From: a virus | Direction: 5' to 3' (one strand) | Length of the DNA: 64,000 bases | Virus record (IMG/VR): IMGVR_UViG_3300037244_000020 | Location: 26,838 to 90,837 of that record | Shown: piece by piece, positions 25,762-36,069 of the stretch | How positions within the stretch are numbered: the first letter of the stretch is position 1 | Layout: every line of letters starts with the position of its first letter | Position numbers and translations under genes: made by a program | Notes under the pieces: generated by a model | Seen by the model: the letters and a program-made list of their open reading frames with translations, nothing else | Database searches by the model: none | What the model was told of the DNA's origin: nothing

Positions 25762-28700
25762 GTGGACATTGCCCAACTCGGCCTTTCAGTCGACTCAACG
25801 TTGGCGGTCAAGGGCGCTGGCGAGGTCAGAAGCGCCCTCGACGGGGTTACGGCCAGCGCGGATAACGCGACCGCCTCCGTCGGGAGGCTGGCAGGTGCCA
25901 CGTCTTCAGCCAGCGCTGCACAGAGCGCCGCCGCCACGGCGACCGAGAGCGCTGCGACGTCCACATCGTCAGCGGCGACCGCTGCGGAGCGCCTGCTTGC
26001 CTCTCTCCAAAGGCAGATCGATCTGTACGCAGCCACGGACGCAGCCATTGCATCCTACAACGCGTCAGCAGCCAAGGCGACAGAGTCGCAGACAGCACAG
26101 ATCGAAGCGTCAGCCGCGATGATCAGCCAGTTGCAGGCCGAAGGTGCGCAGCGCGCACAGTACTATGCGCAAGTGGAGGCGTCAGCCGCCGCTGGCGATA
26201 AATTCATTGCGAGCCTGAAGACGCAGGTAGCCACGATGAATCTGACGAGGGCGGAACTCCTTGCCTACAAGGCGGATCAGCTAGGCGTGGCGGAAGCCGC
26301 CGCGCCGCTGATTGCCGCACTCACTGCGTCAGGAGCTGCCGCCGCTACCGCTGGGGAAAGCGCGGCGGCGGCGAGCGCGCGGTTTCAGGCTATTGCTGCA
26401 GCGGGCGTGGAATGGGCCGCTGCTAATTCTACGGTAACCGGGTCTATAGAGGGGCTGGCGGCAGCCAACGGCGTCGCTGAAAAGTCCGTCGCAAACCTAA
26501 CCGCTACGATCGAGGCTCAGAACGTATGGTTTAAGGAGACAACTGCCGAGGTGAACGCGTCGTCTGCGGCGTCTAAGGGAGCAGCGGCAGCGGCCGAGGC
26601 GCGCGCCGCTGCGGTGGACAAGGTGACCACCAGTCTTGAGCGGCAGCTTGTCGCCGCTACCGCGTCAAAATCGCAACTCGTTGAGTATGACGCGCTCGTT
26701 CTGGGGGCTACAGAGCAGGAGACAGCCTACGCTGTTGAGCTTGCCAAGGAAGTTGAGGTACGCGCTGCACAAGCTGCGCAGGGAGCTAAGATGGCGGCAG
26801 CCCTCGAAGCAGAAACTGCGGCGACCAACGGCGCAAGGGGGGCCACGGCGGCATTTACCAGTGAGATTCTCGTTCTGTTCCGTGAATTGGCACGCGGCAA
26901 TTTGACACAGTTCGCTGGCTCGCTCACGAGGTTGATCTCACTTGGTGGCGCGACTGCTCTTCTGTTCAACCCCCTGACGTTAAGCGCGCTTGCGCTCGGC
27001 GCCGCATTCGTGAAGGTCGAAAACGAAAACGCTGCGCTTGATCGGGCGCTGGCTCTGACCAACGGCTATGTGGGCGAGACCGCAGACAGCATGAATAAGA
27101 TGGCGGACGCCATATCGCAGAGTGGGGTGACTATCGGCGTGGCGAGGGACGCACTGACAGAACTCGCCGCGACGGGACGCGTGACAGGGGCCAATATTCA
27201 GCTTCTGGGGACGGCATCGGCGGAAGCGGCAACCTACTTAGGCGTCTCGACCAAGCAGATGGCAGCCGACTTCACGAAACTCGGCGACGAGCCGGTAAAG
27301 GCTGCGGTAAAGCTGAATGAGCAGTACCATTTTCTGACACAGGCCACGTTCGATGCAGCCGAGGCGCAGCATAAGCAAGGGAATGAGACCGAGGCGGCAC
27401 GAATTCTGCAAGAGGCGCTCGCCAGCTCCTTCATAAAGGCTGCGGACGACATGAAGACAAAGCAGGGACCGCTTCTAAAGTTCTGGCAGGACTTGAAGGA
27501 AACGATCAGCGGCACGGTAGAAGCGATCGGATCGATTGGCGCGACAGCGGGGCCAGCCGAGATTCTCGCGCGGGATCAGGCGAACAAGGCTGCACAGACT
27601 GCTAGAGGGCCTTTCAGTTCGTGGACTTCTGAAGATGACGCCAGACTGCAGAAAGAAGCCATGGCGGCCGTAGCAGCGATCGCAGTAGCGCGCAATAAGT
27701 CCGCAGCGGACACGGTGGAACAGCAGCGGGAAACCGCGACGCTCACCTATGACACGTGGCATAAGAATTACTGGACCAAGCAGCAAAAGGAAGCGCAGGA
27801 TCTCAAGGACTATGAAGACAAAATAGCGGGGCCACTCGGGTTAAGCGCAGCGCAGCGCGCAGCGGACGAGGCGCAGATACGAGCCAAAGATAGGCCCAAG
27901 GGCGCTGGTGCCGTCAACACCGCCGAAGCGCAAGCCGCACAGCAATCCCTAAAGGATCAGTTCACCGAAGAGCAGAAGCTGACGGCAGACAACCAGAAGA
28001 TCTTAGACGCGGACCATAAGGCGAAGCTCGTCTCGGACACCGACTTTTATACGCAGGAGAGGACGCTCGTCGCGCAGGACTTATCGCAAAAACTCGACTA
28101 CTACAGTAAGTTAGAAGCGCTGCTGAAGTCAGAATCTGAGAGTTCGAAGACGTCTAATTCGCAGAAGATCAGGGACGCGAAGCAGGTAGCCAGCTTGGAG
28201 TCAGATGCCCGCGTGGCGCAGGCCGACGCGGCGGCTAAGACGAAAGTAATTAACGACGCGGAACTAAAGGCGACGGACGATAAAACCAACGCGGTCGCGA
28301 AATATCAAGCGGTGCTGGACGCGCAGTACATAGCTGCGCAGAAGACGGCGGAAGCGCCGTTGACGACCTTTGGGCTGGGTTCGCGGCAGGCCGCGCTGGC
28401 ATCGGCCGATGCGGCGGCACAGGCAAAGGCTGCGGAGGAGATTACGAAGCTCCAGGCTGCGGCACAAGCAGCCGCACTTGCGAATCCTCAATCAGTCACG
28501 GATGCCAGCAAAAAAGCGTATGCAGACCAAGTCGCGGCGGCACAGGCGCAAGGGGACAGGCTTGTCGCGATGAACCATAAAGTCTACGACGAGGTCACTG
28601 CGCAGCAGCAAGACTGGCTCGGAGGCGCGAAAACAGCTTGGGCGAACTGGGCGGATAGCGCAAACAATACGGCGTCCCAGGCAGGCAGCACGGTCACCAC

Positions 28701-29397
28701 GGCGCTCAACGGGATGACCGATTCGCTGACCACGTTCGCGACGACTGGCAAGTTGTCGTTCACGAGCCTCGCTGACAGCATCATCAAGGACATGATTCGT
28801 ATCGCGATCCAGGCGGCTGCGACTCAAGCGCTTTCGGCGCTCTTTGGGGCGGTAGGGGGTGGAGCGAGCAGCGCGATAGGGAGCATCACAGGCGGACTCA
28901 GTACGGCTACGGCGGCTCCGATCGCAAGCGCGCTACCGGGTGATAGCATCACCAACTTCCTGAACCTGACAGGTAACGTCGTTGGGAAAGCTGATGGCGG
29001 CTACATCAGCGGCCCAGGCAGCGGCACGAGCGACAGCATCAACGCGAAGTTGTCGAACGGCGAGTTCGTCGTGAACGCTGCGGCCACGGCTGCTAACCGA
29101 CCGATGCTCGAAGCGATGAACGGCGGCGCACAGAGTTCGTCGAGCAAGACGCACTTTGCAACGGGAGGCTTCGTTGGAAGTTCTCCTAGCACCGTAAGTG
29201 GCGGCACGTCGATTGTGTTTAACATCTCGCAAGGTGGAACGTCTCAGGGCGCGGCTCCAGCAGGAGGCGCAACAGGCGACAAGCAGAAGACTGCCGCGAT
29301 GCAGAAAGAGCTTGAGTCGGCCGTGCTAGCGGTGGTTCAGAAGCACTCAGAGCCGGGCGGTCAGATTAACAAAATCATTAAACAGGTGAGTCGTTGA
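25762..29397 (+). CDS. Tape measure protein
   Basis: 1211 aa Ala-rich; LNEQYHFLT; GKLSFTSLADSIIKD; GPGSGTSDSI. Confidence 0.92.
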   Translation: MDIAQLGLSVDSTLAVKGAGEVRSALDGVTASADNATASVGRLAGATSSASAAQSAAATATESAATSTSSAATAAERLLASLQRQIDLYAATDAAIASYNASAAKATESQTAQIEASAAMISQLQAEGAQRAQYYAQVEASAAAGDKFIASLKTQVATMNLTRAELLAYKADQLGVAEAAAPLIAALTASGAAAATAGESAAAASARFQAIAAAGVEWAAANSTVTGSIEGLAAANGVAEKSVANLTATIEAQNVWFKETTAEVNASSAASKGAAAAAEARAAAVDKVTTSLERQLVAATASKSQLVEYDALVLGATEQETAYAVELAKEVEVRAAQAAQGAKMAAALEAETAATNGARGATAAFTSEILVLFRELARGNLTQFAGSLTRLISLGGATALLFNPLTLSALALGAAFVKVENENAALDRALALTNGYVGETADSMNKMADAISQSGVTIGVARDALTELAATGRVTGANIQLLGTASAEAATYLGVSTKQMAADFTKLGDEPVKAAVKLNEQYHFLTQATFDAAEAQHKQGNETEAARILQEALASSFIKAADDMKTKQGPLLKFWQDLKETISGTVEAIGSIGATAGPAEILARDQANKAAQTARGPFSSWTSEDDARLQKEAMAAVAAIAVARNKSAADTVEQQRETATLTYDTWHKNYWTKQQKEAQDLKDYEDKIAGPLGLSAAQRAADEAQIRAKDRPKGAGAVNTAEAQAAQQSLKDQFTEEQKLTADNQKILDADHKAKLVSDTDFYTQERTLVAQDLSQKLDYYSKLEALLKSESESSKTSNSQKIRDAKQVASLESDARVAQADAAAKTKVINDAELKATDDKTNAVAKYQAVLDAQYIAAQKTAEAPLTTFGLGSRQAALASADAAAQAKAAEEITKLQAAAQAAALANPQSVTDASKKAYADQVAAAQAQGDRLVAMNHKVYDEVTAQQQDWLGGAKTAWANWADSANNTASQAGSTVTTALNGMTDSLTTFATTGKLSFTSLADSIIKDMIRIAIQAAATQALSALFGAVGGGASSAIGSITGGLSTATAAPIASALPGDSITNFLNLTGNVVGKADGGYISGPGSGTSDSINAKLSNGEFVVNAAATAANRPMLEAMNGGAQSSSSKTHFATGGFVGSSPSTVSGGTSIVFNISQGGTSQGAAPAGGATGDKQKTAAMQKELESAVLAVVQKHSEPGGQINKIIKQVSR

Positions 29398-29747
29398 GCG
29401 TCGATCTCGATATTTTTACGTGGCTGCCGCAGTACGGCGCGCAAGGGTCGGTTACGCCTAGCGTGCTGACTGCGCAGTATGGGGACGGCTATTCTCAAGA
29501 TGTGCCGATCGGTGTTAACTCGACGCCGCAGGTATGGACCCTGACTTTCAACAACGACCCTGATACAGGCGACGCGATCTTTCAATTTATCCAGAACAAA
29601 GGAGGCGTTCAGCGGTTCTGGTGGACGCCCCCTCGTCAGAGCCTGGCGGTCAAAGTAAAAACGACGGGGGCGTACACGAAAACCGAAACGGACTCAGGAC
29701 AGGTTACAATCGGGGTTACCTTTACACAGGTCTTTGATCCAGATTAA
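29394..29747 (+). CDS. Distal tail protein (lambda gpM-like)
   Basis: AQYGDGYSQ; FWWTPP; TFTQVF. Confidence 0.88.
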   Translation: MSVDLDIFTWLPQYGAQGSVTPSVLTAQYGDGYSQDVPIGVNSTPQVWTLTFNNDPDTGDAIFQFIQNKGGVQRFWWTPPRQSLAVKVKTTGAYTKTETDSGQVTIGVTFTQVFDPD

Positions 29748-29749
29748 TC

Positions 29750-30436
29750 ATGACGAATCTCATCAACGCGGAAGTCTTAAAGCTCGCCCCGGACCACCTA
29801 ATAGAACTGTACATTCTGGACACCAACGTAATCGGCGGCGGATCGATCGATTACTTCCACGCGGGGACGGCCACCAACCGCTGGCCCATCGTTTTCCAGG
29901 GCATCACGTACCAGCCATTCCCGATCGAGATCACCGGGTTCGATCGTACAGGACAAGGCACGATCCCGAAGCCCAAGGCGTCAGTATCGAACGTGCAAGG
30001 CGTCATCTCAGCAACCGCGCTGCAATTCAATGACTTGGTGGGCGCGAAGTTCACACGCAAACGTACGTTCGCGAAGTTCCTTGACGGCAGCCCGACCGCC
30101 GATCCTACGCAAGAGTTTCCGCTCGACATTTATTACGTCAACCAGAAGCTCAACGAGAACGCGCAGCTTGTAGAGTTCGAACTGACAACGTCGTTCGACA
30201 TGATCGGCTTATCGCTGCCTAGTCGCCAGATCCTCCAAAACAGTTGCCCGTGGGTCTATAAAAGCGCTGAGTGTAGCTGGGTGCCTGTGGCGGGGGAGTA
30301 CTTCGATGTGAACGATGTTTCGCAGGCGCTGATCGGTGGGGATGTGTGTGGCAAACGTCTGACATCGTGTGAGGCTAGGTTCGGAGCGGTTACATTGCCT
30401 TTTGGCGGTTTCCCGGGCGCGCGGGCGTATATATGA
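29750..30436 (+). CDS. Tail tip protein (lambda gpL-like)
   Basis: CPWVYKSAEC; DVCGKRLTSC..RFG..LPFGGFPG. Confidence 0.9.
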   Translation: MTNLINAEVLKLAPDHLIELYILDTNVIGGGSIDYFHAGTATNRWPIVFQGITYQPFPIEITGFDRTGQGTIPKPKASVSNVQGVISATALQFNDLVGAKFTRKRTFAKFLDGSPTADPTQEFPLDIYYVNQKLNENAQLVEFELTTSFDMIGLSLPSRQILQNSCPWVYKSAECSWVPVAGEYFDVNDVSQALIGGDVCGKRLTSCEARFGAVTLPFGGFPGARAYI

Positions 30437-30514
30437 ATAAGGCTTGCGCTGAGTGCTGCTTTAATGGTGCGCGCAAGAGCAGCGGAGACTGGCCTAGCCT
30501 ACCTTGGAGCAATC

Positions 30515-31243
30515 ATGTCTGACATCGTGCGCCAGATGATCGAGGTCGCCCAGCAGGAGGCGCACGACAACGAGCGGCCTCGGGAACGCTGCGGGGTTGT
30601 CGTAAAGGAAGGCAACAAGCCACGCTTGATAGAGTGCAGCAACGTACACGACAACCCGCACGAGTTCTTCAGAATCTCTGCGCAAGAGTGGGCCTACCTG
30701 GACATCGATCACGAGGTGCTGTCGGTGTGGCACACGCACCCCAACGGCACGGCTGCTCCCAGCCAAGCCGATCGCGTGATGATTGAGGCGACGGGTCTGC
30801 CGTGGCACATCGTCAGTTGGCCTGAGGGCGGACATAGTTACACGGAGCCGACCGGCTACGAGGCACCGTATGAGGGCCGAGTATTCGTACACGGCATTCT
30901 GGATTGCTACGCGCTTGTGCGGGACTGGTACAGGCGCGAGATGAGCGTAAGCCTGCCCAACGATGACCGGGAGGATGAGTGGTGGAATAAGGGGAAGAAC
31001 ACCTACCTCGACGGCTTCGAGAAGAATGGATTCGTGTCGATGGGTGCCGACGTGCGCAACCTGCGCAGAGGTGACGGAATCCTTATGCAAGTCGTTTCCA
31101 AGGTGCCTAACCACGCTGCGGTTTACCTCGGAGATGGTAAAATCCTGCATCATGTGCACGGCAAGCTGTCGAATATCACCACGTACGGCGGCTACTGGCT
31201 GAAGCACACCACGCACATTCTCAGACACCGGGAGCACCTATGA
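30515..31243 (+). CDS. Tail tip assembly protein (gpK-like, JAB plus NlpC/P60)
   Basis: HTHP..PSQAD; DCYALVRDWY; NHAAVYLG..ILHH. Confidence 0.9.
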   Translation: MSDIVRQMIEVAQQEAHDNERPRERCGVVVKEGNKPRLIECSNVHDNPHEFFRISAQEWAYLDIDHEVLSVWHTHPNGTAAPSQADRVMIEATGLPWHIVSWPEGGHSYTEPTGYEAPYEGRVFVHGILDCYALVRDWYRREMSVSLPNDDREDEWWNKGKNTYLDGFEKNGFVSMGADVRNLRRGDGILMQVVSKVPNHAAVYLGDGKILHHVHGKLSNITTYGGYWLKHTTHILRHREHL

Positions 31244-31869
31244 CTACAGTCGTTAACGAGTACACCGAGGTAATCCTCGCAGGCGAGCTTGGAAAGAAAT
31301 TCGGGCGCGTGTGGAATCTCGTGGTGAAGAACCCGATCCACGCGCTGCGCCTGATTGGGCTGAATCGGCCAGACTTCAGGAAGCACCTACGAGAAAGCGC
31401 TGAGAAAGGCTTGTTCTATCACGTCATCGTAGATAAGCGCCACCGCAGCGAAGCTGAACTGCGTCTGCCCGCAGGCAAGCGCTTAATCATCGCGCCTGCT
31501 GTGCAGGGGGCAGGAGGGAAGACGTTCGCGATATTTGAGCTTGTGGCTTCGGCGGTCCTCGCTATAGTAACCTTCGGGACTAGCCTGATTCCAGAATCGG
31601 CTGCCCTCGCCGCAGCGTCGATGGCGGCAGGTCTGGCGCTTTCAGGCATTACAGGACTCTTGACCACTGTCCCCAAAGTAGGGACCGGGCAGTCCAGCGC
31701 GGCGCTGCAATCCTCGTTCTTTAACGGGGCGACTAATACGCAGCTACAAGGTACGCAGGTTCCCGTTGTCTACGGTGAAATGCTGATCGGGTCGCAGGTG
31801 GTGAGCGCGGCGTTGAGCGCCGTTGATGCCAGTTCGGCTGGGCAGGTTTCAGGGCTGGTCAAAGAATGA
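31240..31869 (+). CDS. Tail assembly protein (gpI-like)
   Basis: LAGELGKKFG; VPVVYGEMLIGS. Confidence 0.88.
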   Translation: MTTVVNEYTEVILAGELGKKFGRVWNLVVKNPIHALRLIGLNRPDFRKHLRESAEKGLFYHVIVDKRHRSEAELRLPAGKRLIIAPAVQGAGGKTFAIFELVASAVLAIVTFGTSLIPESAALAAASMAAGLALSGITGLLTTVPKVGTGQSSAALQSSFFNGATNTQLQGTQVPVVYGEMLIGSQVVSAALSAVDASSAGQVSGLVKE

Positions 31870-34800
31870 CGGATGTCGTGAAGTTGAGCAATAGACCCGC
31901 TCCGCAGGGCGCAGGCGGGGGCAAGGGCGCAGGCGGGGGTGGGCAGACTCCTACAGAAGACCCGGACTCGCTCCAGTCGATTGCCTCGGTTGCTCTGCTC
32001 GACCTGCTCTGCGAGGGGGAGGTCCAAGGGCTGGTCAACGGCATGCAGTCGATCTTCCTGAATGGCGTACCGTTGCTGCAGAATGATGGCGTTACCGCGA
32101 ACTTCTCAGGCGCGACAGTCGGGTGGACGAACGGCACACAGACACAAAGCTACCTCCCAGGCTTCGGGGGCGTTGAGGCTACGGTAACACTCAACACGCA
32201 GGTAAGAAACAGCCTGCCGATTACGTTGGCGGTAGACAATCCGGCTGCGAATGCTGCAGTCATTACGTTGTCGGTTGGAGGGCTGTCCTCAACCAGCAAT
32301 TCCACGGGCGATGTAACAGGGTCGTCCGTGGAGATGGTCGTCGACTACCAGCCGCAAAACAGCGGCTGGATTCGCGCGATTGACGCGGTGATCACAGGAA
32401 AGACGCGCAGCCCTTATGAGCGCAGTTACCGCTTCCCGTTGACAGGCACCGGCCCGTGGAATGTGCGGGTGACGCGCGTGACCCCGGACTCCGAGACGCA
32501 GTTGCTCGTGAACGATACTTACGTCGACGCGCTGTCGTCCATTGTCGACCAAAAGTTGAGCTACCCGAACTCGGCGCTCGTAGGTATGCAGATTGATGCC
32601 CGCCAGTTCAGTAGTATCCCGACGCGCACCTATCTTGTGCAGGGCATGAAGATACGGGTGCCGAGCAACTACGACCCAGTGTCCAGGCTCTATTCGGGTA
32701 TATGGGATGGCAGCTTCCAAGTCGCGTACTCTAACAACCCGGCGTGGTGCCTGTATGACCTGATGACGTCGACTCGGTACGGGCTTGGCAACTATATCGA
32801 AGCATCTCAGATCGATACGATTGGCTTGTACGAGATTGGGCAGTATTGCGACGAGATGGTGCCGGACGGGTTCGGCGGCCAGGAGCCTCGCTTTCAGTTG
32901 AACACCGTGCTCAACACGGCCAAAGCCGCGTATGACATGATTCAGGATATCTGCAGCGTCTTCCGAGGCATGACCTACTGGTCGGCGGGGGCAGTGGTCG
33001 TGACGCAGGACGCGCCGACGACGCAGCCGATGCCGCTGTTCTCGCCCGCCAACGTAGTCAATGGTTCGTTCAACTATGTCGGCAGCGCGCGCAAGGACCG
33101 GCATACGGTCGCTTACGTCCAGTGGAATGATCCGGCGCAGCAATACCAGCAGGCGACGGAGTATGTTGAAGATCCTGACGGCATCACGCGCTACGGCATC
33201 AGGTCTATGCAGATCATGGCGGTCGGGACGACGACGCGGGGGCAGGCGTACAGGCTGGGCAAGTGGATGCTGCTGTCTGAGCGCGTCGACACGGACCAGT
33301 TGACGTTTCAGACGGGTCTTGACGGCGCGCAGTTGTTCCCCGGCCAGATTATTCAGGTCGCAGACCCAGTGCGCGCGGCACGTCGTATGGGTGGACGCAC
33401 GCTTGCAGGTACGACGGTTAGCATTCAACTGGACGCGCCCATCACGTTCGACGGAGGGCAGTCCTATACGCTGTACTTTATGGATGCGAACGGGGATCAG
33501 CAGTCGATAGGCGTTGAGAACACGCTGAACACGACGGACCAGTTGCAATTCGTCACTGCCACTCCTACCGCGCCGAATCCAGGGTTCATGTGGATGCTTT
33601 CATCCACCGACCTGAATACGCAGTTGTTCCGAGTCATTAACGTAACAGAGTCGGCCAAAAACACTTTCGACGTACTGGCCGTGACGTACAACGAGTCGAA
33701 GTTCAACGACGTTGACTTCAATACGAAGCTGCTGTTACCGCCGATCGGCCTCGGCAGCGGATTGGGTGCCGCGCTCCCGACGAACTGGTCCGTCACGCCT
33801 GCGACGTATCTGAGTGCGCCGGGCGTGCTTGGGCAGAAGCTGATTTTGTCGTGGAGCGGCAATACCACGCAGTTTCAGTTGCAGTACCAAGTCAACAGCG
33901 GCGTCTGGGTTACGGCCACGATGCACACGCCTGGGTACGAGATTCTTGGCGTGACGGCAGGTGATGTTTACGACTTCCGCGTGTTCGGAGTGTCATCGGA
34001 CGGCACGCTGTCTTCGTCGCTCGATGAGACCTACACGGTGCTTGCCAAGTCGGTTGCGCCCGGCGCGCCGTCGAGCCTGACGGCTGCGGGCAATATCCGT
34101 TCGGTGGTGTTGAACTGGGGTGCGCCGTCCGATCTGGATCTGGATCATTTCCAAGTGTTCTATGCCTCCACTAACATCATCGGCAATGCTGTGCTGGTGG
34201 CGGATAAAGTAGGATCGACGACGTGGACGGTAGGGGGTTTGACACCCGGGTCGACGTACTACTTCTGGGTCCGGGCGGTCAATACAAGCGCGCTGAACGG
34301 CCCGTACAACAGCAACATAGGCACGGCCGCGACGGTGCTGTACACGCAGCCGGGCGACTTCTCCATCGGTAGCATTCTCAACGCAATATCGACCGCAAAC
34401 GAGATTAATGGCGCGCTGATCGCTAACCAGACGATCACGCAGGCCAACATCGCTGCGCAGGCGGTAGGCACGGCGCAGATTCAGAGTGCGGCAGTCGGCA
34501 CGGCGCAGATTGCAAGCGGTGCCGTGACGGCCACGCAGATCGCGAACGCTGCGATCGGCACAGCACAGATCCAGAACGCAGCGATTACGACGGCGCTGAT
34601 TCAGACGGCGGCAGTCGGCACTGCACAGATCCAGAATGCGGCGATCTCGTCGGCTTTGATAGCGAACGCTGCGATTGGCACTGCGCAGATTCAGGATGCG
34701 GGGATCACGACGGCCAAGATCGGAACTGCGCAGATCGACACGCTGCGTATCGGGGCGAACGCTGTTACGACGCTAGCGTCCTGGTCAGGGTTGGGCAGCG

Positions 34801-35093
34801 GTTGGTATACGTCCACTAACCAGCAGGTTGGGTACACAGCTTCTGGCGGGGATATCCTAGTTTTTGTTGTCGGCACGTGCGGCATCCCCGCATCAGGGGA
34901 GACTATCCAGAACACACCTGGCGGGGTGACTGTCTCCCTCAACGGAACCGCTGTTGCTTCTGTTTCCGACAGCTTAGGCACGCAAGTAACAGGGTTCGGG
35001 CGGATTACTGGGGTAAATGGCAGCGTTACTGTGAACGTGGCTTCAAACAACGCTCTTTACGTTAGCGTCGCTATTTTTGAGGCAAAACGATGA
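31866..35093 (+). CDS. Central tail tip/host specificity protein (gpJ-like) with FN3 and AAIGTAQI repeats
   Basis: LCEGEVQGL; SNNPAWCLYD; YYFWVRAVN; C-terminal decapeptide repeats. Confidence 0.92.
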   Translation: MTDVVKLSNRPAPQGAGGGKGAGGGGQTPTEDPDSLQSIASVALLDLLCEGEVQGLVNGMQSIFLNGVPLLQNDGVTANFSGATVGWTNGTQTQSYLPGFGGVEATVTLNTQVRNSLPITLAVDNPAANAAVITLSVGGLSSTSNSTGDVTGSSVEMVVDYQPQNSGWIRAIDAVITGKTRSPYERSYRFPLTGTGPWNVRVTRVTPDSETQLLVNDTYVDALSSIVDQKLSYPNSALVGMQIDARQFSSIPTRTYLVQGMKIRVPSNYDPVSRLYSGIWDGSFQVAYSNNPAWCLYDLMTSTRYGLGNYIEASQIDTIGLYEIGQYCDEMVPDGFGGQEPRFQLNTVLNTAKAAYDMIQDICSVFRGMTYWSAGAVVVTQDAPTTQPMPLFSPANVVNGSFNYVGSARKDRHTVAYVQWNDPAQQYQQATEYVEDPDGITRYGIRSMQIMAVGTTTRGQAYRLGKWMLLSERVDTDQLTFQTGLDGAQLFPGQIIQVADPVRAARRMGGRTLAGTTVSIQLDAPITFDGGQSYTLYFMDANGDQQSIGVENTLNTTDQLQFVTATPTAPNPGFMWMLSSTDLNTQLFRVINVTESAKNTFDVLAVTYNESKFNDVDFNTKLLLPPIGLGSGLGAALPTNWSVTPATYLSAPGVLGQKLILSWSGNTTQFQLQYQVNSGVWVTATMHTPGYEILGVTAGDVYDFRVFGVSSDGTLSSSLDETYTVLAKSVAPGAPSSLTAAGNIRSVVLNWGAPSDLDLDHFQVFYASTNIIGNAVLVADKVGSTTWTVGGLTPGSTYYFWVRAVNTSALNGPYNSNIGTAATVLYTQPGDFSIGSILNAISTANEINGALIANQTITQANIAAQAVGTAQIQSAAVGTAQIASGAVTATQIANAAIGTAQIQNAAITTALIQTAAVGTAQIQNAAISSALIANAAIGTAQIQDAGITTAKIGTAQIDTLRIGANAVTTLASWSGLGSGWYTSTNQQVGYTASGGDILVFVVGTCGIPASGETIQNTPGGVTVSLNGTAVASVSDSLGTQVTGFGRITGVNGSVTVNVASNNALYVSVAIFEAKR

Positions 35094-35476
35094 CCATAAC
35101 CGACACCAACACGCCGGTCGACTACGTCGTAGCCGACGCGACCGGGAAGATCATAATCAAAGGGCGCGTCCCGTTCTTTATGCTCGAAGCCCAGCCGCTG
35201 CAAACTGGGCAGTCTATCGTGCAGGGCGACGCCGACCCTGCGACCGACTACGTCCTCAAAGGCGTCATCACGCCCCGCCCCGCCAACCCCACCACGCTGA
35301 CCGGCATGAAATTGCTGAACGTGCCAAACCCCTCTACTGTTACAATAGACGGCGTAAACCCGCAGCAAGTGACGGACGGAGAAGTGGATTTGAGTTTTAC
35401 ACAGCCGGGTACATATACCATAACAGTTTCTTCGTGGCCGATGCTTGACGCCTCGTTCCGGGTGACGCAGCCGTGA
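35090..35476 (+). CDS. Tail-associated protein
   Basis: Coupled to gpJ; FTQPGTYTITV..WP. Confidence 0.7.
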   Translation: MTITDTNTPVDYVVADATGKIIIKGRVPFFMLEAQPLQTGQSIVQGDADPATDYVLKGVITPRPANPTTLTGMKLLNVPNPSTVTIDGVNPQQVTDGEVDLSFTQPGTYTITVSSWPMLDASFRVTQP

Positions 35477-35661
35477 AGATAGTCCACAACCCCGACCCGA
35501 GGCCGCTGAGGCAGAAAGCATACCCGTCGACCGGGGATCAACTCGACGCGATCTGGAAGATTGTGAACGCTCTGCTCGCGGGCGGTATTCCGCCTGACGA
35601 CGCGCTGAAAGTGCGTGACGAGATAGCAGCGGTAAAAGCTAAATACCAAAAGGGGAAATAA
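35473..35661 (+). CDS. Small tail-associated protein
   Basis: AYPSTGDQLDAIW..IAAVKAKY. Confidence 0.7.
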   Translation: MKIVHNPDPRPLRQKAYPSTGDQLDAIWKIVNALLAGGIPPDDALKVRDEIAAVKAKYQKGK

Positions 35662-36066
35662 GTGGCTGCTGCGGCTTATGATATTCAGCTTGAGCAGGGC
35701 GAGACCTTCAGCCCCGTCTGGACATGGAACTGGCCGGGCGCTGGCCCGTTCAACTTCACGGGCTATTCTGCGCACATGCAGATCAGGTCCACGTTCTATG
35801 CAGGGGCGACGCTCGTGGACCTGCACAGCAATACGGGCGGCATCATCTTAGGTGGCGTATTGGGCACGATGCAGCCGATCATCACGGCATCCGCGTCCGC
35901 TGCTCTCCTGTCTGGACAGGTGCCATTGTCCCAAATTCTGAACGGCCGTTCAGTTTATCAGCTTGGCGTATACGACGTGAAAATTACAGACCCTAGCGGT
36001 AGCGTCCTCACCCTCATGGGCGGCAATGTATGGATCGCCCCGCAAGTAACCGTAGGCGGGGCCTAA
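35662..36066 (+). CDS. Tail fibre adaptor-like protein
   Basis: IQLEQGETF; FTGYSAHMQIR; GVYDV. Confidence 0.7.
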   Translation: MAAAAYDIQLEQGETFSPVWTWNWPGAGPFNFTGYSAHMQIRSTFYAGATLVDLHSNTGGIILGGVLGTMQPIITASASAALLSGQVPLSQILNGRSVYQLGVYDVKITDPSGSVLTLMGGNVWIAPQVTVGGA

Positions 36067-36069
36067 GAC